Source: Thermodesulfobacteriota bacterium
GTDB lineage: Bacteria; Desulfobacterota_D; UBA1144; Nemesobacterales; UBA2774
Direction of reading: 5' to 3'
Assembly: GCA_963422265.1 (NCBI GenBank)
Contig: OY729416.1
Location: 1,504,001-1,568,000, forward strand
Length of the DNA: 64,000 bases
In this document: one piece after another, positions 1 to 7,821 of the stretch
Numbering within the stretch: position 1 is the first letter of the stretch
How the letters are laid out: every line of letters starts with the position of its first letter
Program-made: the position numbers and the translations under genes
The notes under the pieces: model-generated
Told to the model about the DNA's origin: nothing
The model's database searches: none
Seen by the model: the letters and a program-made list of their open reading frames with translations, nothing else

Positions 1-2
1 AT

Positions 3-1154
3 ATTGTAAAAGGGGTTCTGGACTTCAAAGTCAAAGGAGCAGTTATCAAATATGTGGGACGGTGTAGGGAGAATAATGAGAAAGGGAAAACTATTTCGTT
101 CATCAAGCTGTTTTATCTTATAGATTTTCTTACAGGCGCGCTTGCTTTTCTCGCGGCGGTCTTGCTAGCGGGCATTGCGGACAGGTTTTTTATCAAGTCG
201 GAAAGCGCCTTTGAATTGGTCTTTATTTACTCTTTTGCTCTTTTTGTTTCAACAGTCAATACAAGTTCCCGTGCGATTCTGGAAGTTTTCGAGAAGTTTG
301 GCAATGTGGCTGTTGCGGACACCTTTGGGATTGGGGTGAGGGTTGGCTTTGTTCTTGTGTTTCTTGCCGCGGGGTTCGGAATAAAAGGCGCTTTTACGGG
401 TTATGTTGCAGCGACTTTTTTGCATTTTTCCGTTTTGCAGTTTCTTGTGAATCGCGCTTTGGTCAGTGAGGAATTGAGCGGGTGGCTTAGCGCAAGCATT
501 GGAACGGTGGCGAATGAATTCAGGAATGTTCTTTCATTTGTTATGAGCTTAACTGTTTCAGCATTTTTAAACAGAGTTCTGAACAGAAATTTCCCCATAC
601 TTGTTCTGGGACATTTTTTCACAAGTGAAATCTCTGGGCTCTACAAGGCATCAACCGCTTTTTCAAAAGTGGTGAAAAACTTGAAATCTCCGGTAAAGAG
701 ATCGATTTATCCCGCTCTTGTTAGACTTGAGCAACACGGTGCTTACGGTGATTTCAAAAAACTTGTTTTCTACTCAATAGGATTTGTGGCGAAATTTTTT
801 GTTCCTGTCGGAGCCATATGTTTTATATTTGCGGACGACATTATAAGTATTTTCTTTGGGACGGAATTTGCTCCCGCGGCAAATGCGATGAGGATTTTTG
901 TGGTTGTGGAGGTTTTGTCCGGGCTTTCTTTCTGGACGTCTCCCGTCTATCTCTCATTGGGAAGGACATGGTTCGTAACAATGCTGTCTCTTCTAGGTGC
1001 TTTGTTTTATACGGTTTCGCTATTTTATCTTTCCGCTGCCTATTCGTTTGAGGGCGCGGCTTTGGCAAGACTTGCCCCTTATCTTGTTACACTGCCTGCG
1101 GCTATTTTTCTTTTCAGAGAGATAAGGAGGAGGAGCAAAAAACAGAGTTTTTAG
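3..1154 (+). CDS. Wzx-like oligosaccharide flippase / polysaccharide export protein, 5' end outside window
   Basis: Multi-TM hydrophobic ORF with Wzx-type segments (LVLGHFFTSEISGLY, IYPALVRL, FFGTEFAPAANAMRI). The frame is open back to position 3. Adjacent to glycosyltransferases. Confidence 0.8.
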   Translation: MVKGVLDFKVKGAVIKYVGRCRENNEKGKTISFIKLFYLIDFLTGALAFLAAVLLAGIADRFFIKSESAFELVFIYSFALFVSTVNTSSRAILEVFEKFGNVAVADTFGIGVRVGFVLVFLAAGFGIKGAFTGYVAATFLHFSVLQFLVNRALVSEELSGWLSASIGTVANEFRNVLSFVMSLTVSAFLNRVLNRNFPILVLGHFFTSEISGLYKASTAFSKVVKNLKSPVKRSIYPALVRLEQHGAYGDFKKLVFYSIGFVAKFFVPVGAICFIFADDIISIFFGTEFAPAANAMRIFVVVEVLSGLSFWTSPVYLSLGRTWFVTMLSLLGALFYTVSLFYLSAAYSFEGAALARLAPYLVTLPAAIFLFREIRRRSKKQSF

Positions 1155-1159
1155 ACTGA

Positions 1160-2314
1160 CTACTTACTGGCAGATTCAACAACCTCCCGAAACAGTTTTT
1201 CATGTTCTGAGACTGTTTTTTCAATGGTGAAGTTCTGCGCTCTTTTACGCGCGTTTTGAGACAGCTTTTCTCTCAGTTTACCGTCTTTCAATATTCTGAC
1301 AATCGCCCCTGCCATTGCCTTAGGATTTGCGACCGGGACGAGAAGTCCATTTTTGCCGTCTTCTATCATCTCATTAGCACCAAATTTGTGGTCGGTGCTG
1401 GCAATTGGAAGTCCAAGGGCTAAAGCTTCAAGCAATGAGTTTGAAAATCCCTCGTAAAGCGATGAAGAAATGTAAAGGTCCGCCGCTTTCATAAACGGAT
1501 ACGGATTCGGTTTTTCACCAACCAGTGATACACGGTTACCGAGATTCAATCTATCAATTTGAGTTAGCATCCTGCGCTTTACCCCTTCTTGTTCCCGACC
1601 GCCGACTATCATAAGTCTTGCTTTTACAGTTTGGTTCACAATTTCGAGGGCTTCAATAAGGTGAGGAAATCCCTTTGCTGGAACGAGCCTTCCAACTGAA
1701 ATAATAAGTGGAGCATCTTTGTCGTCTAGCCAGGGGTGTTTCACAATTTCACGGCTTTTTTTCTCTATTAATTCAATATCCAAACCGTTGTAAATTACAT
1801 GCGGTCTTGATTTAAGCTTCCAGAATCTCTGCGCCTCGTCTGCCAATCCGTATGAGTTTGCCACTATTTTTGTGGAAAGTTTCCTGCTTGATTTTCGCAC
1901 AAGAAAGGTCTGCAATCCGTGCGGAGTCCATAAGCTTGTTCTCATTTTTCGTGAAGGATTGTTAATCTCCGCCATTACCACAGGTATTCCCAGAATTTTC
2001 CCAACAATAGTTGATGGTAAGGGCATAACCCGTGAGTAGATGATATCAGGCTTAAAATCTCTTGCGGCATGCCAGACCGCAACTGCCTTCAGGATAGATT
2101 TGAGTGGCCATCTTTCAGTCAGGTTAAGTTTGGAGTATATGATGTTTCTTTCTATTTCTGGGGGATAAACTCCTGAAAATCCACCTTCCTTTTTCATAAT
2201 AAAGAGGGATGTTCCTTCTATATTCCTCAATCTAGCAAAGCCTTTCGCCAAATTTAAAATTTGTCTTTCTGCTCCTCCGATTTCAAGGTGTTGATTTACA
2301 AACATCACTCTCAA
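1160..2314 (-). CDS. GT4 (GT-B fold) glycosyltransferase
   Basis: GGAERQ N-terminal motif, VGRLVPAKG, and the E-x7-E motif in SSLYEGFSNSLLEALALG. Confidence 0.92.
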   Translation of the reverse strand: MRVMFVNQHLEIGGAERQILNLAKGFARLRNIEGTSLFIMKKEGGFSGVYPPEIERNIIYSKLNLTERWPLKSILKAVAVWHAARDFKPDIIYSRVMPLPSTIVGKILGIPVVMAEINNPSRKMRTSLWTPHGLQTFLVRKSSRKLSTKIVANSYGLADEAQRFWKLKSRPHVIYNGLDIELIEKKSREIVKHPWLDDKDAPLIISVGRLVPAKGFPHLIEALEIVNQTVKARLMIVGGREQEGVKRRMLTQIDRLNLGNRVSLVGEKPNPYPFMKAADLYISSSLYEGFSNSLLEALALGLPIASTDHKFGANEMIEDGKNGLLVPVANPKAMAGAIVRILKDGKLREKLSQNARKRAQNFTIEKTVSEHEKLFREVVESASK

Positions 2315-3432
2315 TGTCTTTGGTCCCTTAATATACTGTCAAATAGATTCATATACTTTGCGGTCATTGTTGCAACGCTGAAATGCCTCGCTCGCTTTTT
2401 TGCCTCTTTGCCCATTTCCGCGGTGAGGGCTTTGTTCTCAATCAGTCTCAAGATAGCGTCTGCCATTTTCGCTGGTTGTCCAACTGGGACGAGAATCCCG
2501 CTTTTTCCATCCTCTATTATTTCATCTGCTCCATATTTGTAATCGGTTGAGATGATGGGCATCCCAAGTGCAAGGGCTTCAGCAATGACAAGTCCAAATC
2601 CTTCAAAGATTGAAGAGCAGACACAAAGATCACATTTCACTGTGTATTTGTGGGGATTTCGCATTGGTCCAACCAGGTCGATTTTATCTTTTACTCCGAG
2701 ACTTTCGGCTTGTTCCATGAGTTGATTTTTCAGTTGCCCGCCGCCGATTATCAAAAGCCTCATAGATCTCGTTTCATTGACAATGCTTACTGTCTCGACG
2801 AGGTATTTGTATCCTTTCTGGGGTTTGAGTCTTCCAACGGCAACGGCAATAGGAATGTTATCGTCAAACCAGTGGTGCACAACTTTTTCTTTAGATTTTT
2901 CAACTATTCGGTCTATATCTAACCCATTGTGAATTGTAGAAGCATCAACGCCGAGCATTGCGGCGATTCCATGTCTGCCTTCATCGGATATGGAGACAAC
3001 ACAATCTGCCATTTTATAGCAAAGGATTTTGGCAAACCTGACAGCACCTCTAAAAATGAGTGGATGGAGCCTTAATTTTTCTCTCAAATTGTTGACTTCG
3101 GCAAGAACGGTTTTGATTCCCAACAGTTTTCCTACAACCACTGTTACGCCTTTGGTTGTCCAAAGTCTGCTGTATAAGATGTCCGGTCTTTTTGCTTTCG
3201 CAGCTTTGTATATTGCCAGCGTTCTTGAAAGAAAGTTAAGGTGACCTGGGATGCTAAAAACAATGTCAACCTCATTGGGCAGCTCTGAGATCAGGTCCCC
3301 TTTTTTGTCAGTAAGTAGCAGGACGACTTCGCAATTTCTTTGAATAAGTCCTTTAGCCAAATTGATTATTTGTCTTTCCGAACCACCTCCGTTTCCAAGA
3401 TTGAGATGGGGGGTTACAATCATCACTCTCAT
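2311..3432 (-). CDS. GT4 (GT-B fold) glycosyltransferase, paralog of its neighbour
   Basis: GGSERQ, VGRLKPQKG, SSIFEGFGLVIAEALALG. Overlaps the downstream GT by 4 nt (ATGA). Confidence 0.92.
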   Translation of the reverse strand: MRVMIVTPHLNLGNGGGSERQIINLAKGLIQRNCEVVLLLTDKKGDLISELPNEVDIVFSIPGHLNFLSRTLAIYKAAKAKRPDILYSRLWTTKGVTVVVGKLLGIKTVLAEVNNLREKLRLHPLIFRGAVRFAKILCYKMADCVVSISDEGRHGIAAMLGVDASTIHNGLDIDRIVEKSKEKVVHHWFDDNIPIAVAVGRLKPQKGYKYLVETVSIVNETRSMRLLIIGGGQLKNQLMEQAESLGVKDKIDLVGPMRNPHKYTVKCDLCVCSSIFEGFGLVIAEALALGMPIISTDYKYGADEIIEDGKSGILVPVGQPAKMADAILRLIENKALTAEMGKEAKKRARHFSVATMTAKYMNLFDSILRDQRH

Positions 3433-3778
3433 TCTTACGCGTGCCTCAGAGCTTAAATCAGGTCTATAATACCTAATGTCATGTTACTTTTGGGGAAAGA
3501 AAATCAAACCATTGGGTTTTTATAAAGATGTTTGACCCTTTCTAGCTGTATAATATACACGGCGTTAGCGGGGATATGCTTGAACCTATGAGTATTATTG
3601 TAGGAAACAAATAAGTAACGTCAACAGAAGATTGTTGTTAATTCAGTATTGAGGAATGATTGGGGAATGTGTATAATGAAGATAATGATGATCCTATAGG
3701 GATGGCTTAGGGATGTTTACTAAGTCCAAGTTTTTGTTGGGATAAACCAATCTGTATTTGAGGAGGAGTGTGCTTGTT

Positions 3779-4280
3779 ATGAAGAGCATAAAAAGATGGG
3801 GAGGGGGGGATACCTCACATGTATTTAGTCTTGCCAGCGTTTTAACACTGGTTTTGATTAGTTTTATGGTGGTAGGGGGGATGTGGGGGGAGCAATAGTA
3901 ATTCTGCGGCAAAGCCAAAGGAGATAAGAACCGATTGTTTTTCCCGTTCCGATTTTCTCAATGGAGCAAATATCAATTCAGACCAAACTTATTGGGAATG
4001 TATCTTTGTTGATAGATCATACATTGATTGGGAGTTTTACTCTGATAATACTATGTATTTTGAAACCATAACTGATGGTTATCGTGGTCGTTATTCATAT
4101 GATGGGTGCAATACGATAGGTTTAATATCACAGACAGGAGATGCCTCAGGCCATCTTACTATCAAAGGACTATCAAGAGACAATGGAACAATGTCTTTGG
4201 CTGTATACATGCAAGGATATGGTCTAACTATATCAGCAGATAGTAACTGCACTTTAGAGTCCTATATAGAAGAAGATTAA
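3779..4280 (+). pseudogene. Lipoprotein gene frameshifted in a G6 tract (3875-3880)
   Basis: RBS AGGAGG at 3761-3766 and ATG at 3779. The hydrophobic signal LASVLTLVLISFMVVG is in one frame. Removing one G gives VGGCGGSNSNS (lipobox plus linker), in frame with the open reading that ends at 4280. Confidence 0.7.
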
Positions 4281-4334
4281 ACAGTAGCTGAGAGAGGTAG
4301 TGGGTATGCTCGCTAGTGTTATCTACAACTCAGA

Positions 4335-4750
4335 CAAAGACCTCAGCAGAATCTCATCGCTTTTGTCTAGGACAAGGTAAGGGCGAGGAGGGATTGTAAC
4401 TTTTCGGTTTCTGCCTGCTTTTCCACCGAGTTGCTGGATGCGGGCGTAGGATTTATTAGTGCCGACGGTGGCAGAGAGGTTGTCGGAGTCGGCAGATATG
4501 GAGCGGGATAGTTCGCCAGTGTCGCGTAGTATAGGATGATGTCCTCTTTTCTTGCTCTTTTTTTCTGTTTGGCAGTGGAGTTGGAGAGAGGAGTCTATTT
4601 GGGGCGACCTTCTTATTCGAAGTTTTCAGCGACGGCGTCGAGTATAACGTCTGCTATGTCCCTCATTTCTGCGGATAGGTCTTTGGACTTTTTGAGTAGC
4701 ACTCGTGCGAGGTCGTCAATTTGTTTTGTGTTGGCGGAGATAGTAATCAT
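4335..4750 (-). pseudogene. Phage virion morphogenesis protein (Mu gpG-like / Phage_tail_S) remnant
   Basis: Minus-strand translation MITISANTKQIDDLARVLL...AVAENFE*EGRPK*TPLS.. / LRDTGELSRSI..ATVGTNKSYARIQQLGGKAGRNRKVTIPPRP follows the family pattern. It has 2 in-frame stops plus frameshifts. The 3' boundary is approximate. Confidence 0.75.
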
Positions 4751-4875
4751 TAGAGTGTAATGTATAGGGGGAGAGGGAAAGGCAAGAATGTCTGAACTGT
4801 GATTTGAATGATTGAATGATGGGCTATGATTTGGGCATTGTTTTTAAGAAACATATTAAGAAGGAGGGGATAGAA

Positions 4876-5574
4876 ATGCAGGATGCTTATAGAAGGTTCA
4901 TAATTCGGGTAGGTAGGGTATCAGTGATTGGAGGAATGTTTTGTTTATTATTGGCAGGCTGTCTTGCCATGTTGGGATGTTCTTACAAAGTAGCCGCTCC
5001 AACAGCGACCACCGTAGAAATACACTCTTCTTATGAGAATCGAATAAAAGGCAATTGGGGAATTGTAGTTGACAAGCGTTCTACTACCTTTGAGAGAGAA
5101 ATATCACCTTCTAGCGATGTATGTTCTATGAGTAACTTCATTTTTACCCCAGGGGACTCTATTAGAATTTCTTCTGTTAATACTTTAAAGAAAGTATTTG
5201 AAAATGCTACCTTACTGGACAGGTCTCCGACTAAAGAAGACATGGAGAAGAGCAATCTAGATGGCTACGCTTTAGTAGAACTTGAAGGCTTTGTTCCTCG
5301 TATAGCATGTCGTAGCGGATTTTGGAGCGATAAATGCACAGTAGATGTAGATATAGAGTTTGGAATAAACGTTAGAAGCACTGGAGGAAAGTTGCTAGGA
5401 ATATCCGTTGGTTCGAGGAAGGCCGTTGATGGGGACAGTGGGGTTTTTTCTTGTGGGGCTATATCAGAGTTGTTTAGTGAGGCTTATAGGCAAGCCTTGA
5501 GTGACAGCATGGAAGAGATGGCGGAAGAAGTGTCTAACTCGAGCAGAATAAGAGAATACGTTTCGCAAAGTTAA
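4876..5574 (+). CDS. Hypothetical lipoprotein
   Basis: RBS AAGGAGG at 4861 before ATG 4876. Hydrophobic stretch with LAGC and LGC lipobox candidates, then a soluble Cys-containing domain. Confidence 0.65.
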   Translation: MQDAYRRFIIRVGRVSVIGGMFCLLLAGCLAMLGCSYKVAAPTATTVEIHSSYENRIKGNWGIVVDKRSTTFEREISPSSDVCSMSNFIFTPGDSIRISSVNTLKKVFENATLLDRSPTKEDMEKSNLDGYALVELEGFVPRIACRSGFWSDKCTVDVDIEFGINVRSTGGKLLGISVGSRKAVDGDSGVFSCGAISELFSEAYRQALSDSMEEMAEEVSNSSRIREYVSQS

Positions 5575-5586
5575 AGAGTAAAAGCT

Positions 5587-5641
5587 CCCTCACCCCGACC
5601 CTCTCTCTGGTTCGATAGTTCACCAACCGAGGGCGAGGGAG
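5587..5641 (+). repeat. REP-like palindromic element (CCCTCACCCC..CCCTCTC..GAGGG family) with an inner TGGTTCGA..CACCA segment
   Basis: ccctcaccccgaccctctctc-tggttcgatagttcaccaacc-gagggcgaggga. A related copy lies at 59538-59572. Confidence 0.55.
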
Positions 5642-5818
5642 AAAAGAAGAGATCTCTCCGTTTTGGTGGTAATGATAGGATAGGGGGGAAACACCATGCT
5701 GCGGATCATCTTGCTGGATTGGGCGGGATATAAATCTCCCTTCAACAAAAGAGAAACTAAGATTGCAGGGCGACAGATTGAGAATGTTTTACTGAAAGTT
5801 AGCGATTTCGTCAATACT

Positions 5819-5894
5819 TGGAGCGGGCGACGGGATTCGAACCCGCGACCCTAAGCTTGGGAAGCTTATGCTCTACCAACTGAGCTACACCCGC
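5819..5894 (-). tRNA. tRNA-Gly(CCC)
   Basis: GCGGGTGTAGCTCAGTTGGTAGAGC..TAAGC-TT-CCC-AA-GCTTA..GGTTCGAATCCC..CCGCTCCA. 76 nt with encoded CCA. Confidence 0.96.
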
Positions 5895-6027
5895 ACCCAA
5901 CATAACTCTGGAATTTATTATAAACTCAAATGAATGTCAATAACTAAAGGGATGACTGTCCGCGGATTATACCGATTTATCCCAGTCTTCAGAACCGTGC
6001 AAACTTCGTAAGCTATCACCCCTGGTT

Positions 6028-6762
6028 TCAATACCTGACTTCCTTTAAGTAAAGTCCACAAGCGGGAGCTGCTAGGGCGAATTTGGGTTTTTCTCCCGCA
6101 TCCAAGATAGTGTGAAACTCCTCAGGAGTAATTCTTCTCCTACCCACTTGGACGAGCGCTCCGGTCAATAATCTAACCATACGTTTTAAGAACCCGTCCG
6201 CTTCAATTGTAAGTTCAACCATATCGCCTTTTTGCTCGATCGTCGCGTCTAAGACGGTTCTTGTAGTGGTTTTTAGGTTGTTTCCCGTTTGAGCGAAAGC
6301 CCTAAAATCATGCTTGCCAAGAAGTATCTTGCAGGTTTCTCTCATGCTCATCAAGTCTAGCTCGTAGGGGACGTGCCACGTCCTTTGGCGAAGTAACGCC
6401 GAGGGGAAGGGACGATTTAATATCCTGTATAAGTAAACCTTGCTTTTGGCGGAGTATTGGGCGTGAAACCCAGAGTCCACGTCTTCGGCGCTTAATATAA
6501 CCACGTCCTTAGGAAGCGCCGAGTTAAGCCCCTTTTGAAATTCTATAGGTTTCACAGAGCTATTTGTCTTAAAATTAGCTACTTGCGCAAACGCGTGCAC
6601 GCCAGAGTCGGTTCTGCCCGATCCCGTAAGAATAACGTTTTCATTCGTAATGCTTTTCAGAGCGTTCTCAATCGTGTCCTGTATCGTAGGTCCTTGGCGT
6701 TGCCTTTGCCATCCCAGATAGTTTGTTCCATCGTATTCTATAGTAAGCCTTACGTTCTTCAT
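6028..6762 (-). CDS. truA: tRNA pseudouridine(38-40) synthase
   Basis: EYDGTNYLGWQRQ, GRTDSGVHA, GFLKRMVR motifs. Confidence 0.96.
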   Translation of the reverse strand: MKNVRLTIEYDGTNYLGWQRQRQGPTIQDTIENALKSITNENVILTGSGRTDSGVHAFAQVANFKTNSSVKPIEFQKGLNSALPKDVVILSAEDVDSGFHAQYSAKSKVYLYRILNRPFPSALLRQRTWHVPYELDLMSMRETCKILLGKHDFRAFAQTGNNLKTTTRTVLDATIEQKGDMVELTIEADGFLKRMVRLLTGALVQVGRRRITPEEFHTILDAGEKPKFALAAPACGLYLKEVRY

Positions 6763-6771
6763 GGACGCTGC

Positions 6772-7698
6772 TCAGTTTTTGGTGTACTTAATCCGTGGGT
6801 CAAGATATACGTATAGTATATCTACTATTAAGTTAGCTAAGACCAGTATCACCGTGTATATAAGAGTTATACCCATAACTAAAGGGTAATCTCTATTGGA
6901 TACGGCAAGTATGAAAAACTTTCCCATTCCGGGTATTGCGAAAATGTGCTCGACGACGAATGATCCGGTAACTAGGTAGGCGGCAATGGGTCCCAGTACC
7001 GTAACAACCGGTATTAGGGCGTTTCTCAAAATATGTCTTATCGTGACTGTGAAATTGCTAAGCCCTTTTGCGCGAGCGGTTCTTATGAAAACGGCTCGCG
7101 ACGTCTCTAACATGCTCGCCCTTGTGAGACGCGCCAGATAAGCACCCGGTCCCGCAGCCAGGGTAATGGCGGGAAGGATTACGTGACTCGGTTCTCCCCA
7201 AAGCGCCGCCGGTAGCCACCTGAGCTTCACGGAAAACAGATAGATCAATGCCGCCCCAATGACGAAACTCGGGATGGATACCAAAGCAGTTGCCATAGAC
7301 ACGGATATAAAATCGAATAATCCACCTGGCTTCGTTGCTGATGCTACCCCAATTGAGCTTCCAATCACTATTGAAAGCAATAGTGCTATGATTCCTAACT
7401 CAAGCGATATTGGCAGGGTTCCCTTAATTATCTCATTTACCGATCTGTCCACGTATTTATACGAGGGCCCGAAATCTCCTTTGGCTAATCTCCCAACGTA
7501 TATCAAATACTGCTTCAATAGGGGTGCGTTTAAGTTGTATTTATCTTCAATGTTTTTCTGGATTTGAGGTGGAAGTTTCTTTTCTTCGTCGAATGGACCG
7601 CCGGGCAAAGTTCTTAGTAGAAAGAACGTGATAGTTGCAACTGCGAAAACTACGAAAATCCCGGTTACGGCGCGGCTGAGTATGAACTTAAAAACCAA
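6772..7698 (-). CDS. oppB: Oligopeptide ABC transporter permease OppB
   Basis: PGGPFD N-terminus, GDFGPSY, RTARAKGL EAA-like loop, NRDYPLV..DPRI. Confidence 0.92.
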   Translation of the reverse strand: MVFKFILSRAVTGIFVVFAVATITFFLLRTLPGGPFDEEKKLPPQIQKNIEDKYNLNAPLLKQYLIYVGRLAKGDFGPSYKYVDRSVNEIIKGTLPISLELGIIALLLSIVIGSSIGVASATKPGGLFDFISVSMATALVSIPSFVIGAALIYLFSVKLRWLPAALWGEPSHVILPAITLAAGPGAYLARLTRASMLETSRAVFIRTARAKGLSNFTVTIRHILRNALIPVVTVLGPIAAYLVTGSFVVEHIFAIPGMGKFFILAVSNRDYPLVMGITLIYTVILVLANLIVDILYVYLDPRIKYTKN

Positions 7699-7821
7699 GC
7701 TGTTTACCCTTGATAAACCAAGTAGCGTTCAGACAAAACAATCTGGACTAGCTTTGTTTCAGTATGCCCTGTTTTGTGACGTCCTATAGACGCCATCCGC
7801 TCGCTTACCTGCAAGACGTTG

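Noticed and set aside
3694-3918. 74-aa minus-strand ORF
   Set aside because: Antisense to the 5' part of the frameshifted lipoprotein gene.
4499-4507. TGGAGCGGG, identical to the 3' end of tRNA-Gly, as a possible att site
   Set aside because: Only 9 bp, and it lies in the middle of the phage pseudogene's conserved coding segment, so chance is likely.
4536-4760. 74-aa plus-strand ORF
   Set aside because: Antisense shadow of the phage morphogenesis pseudogene.
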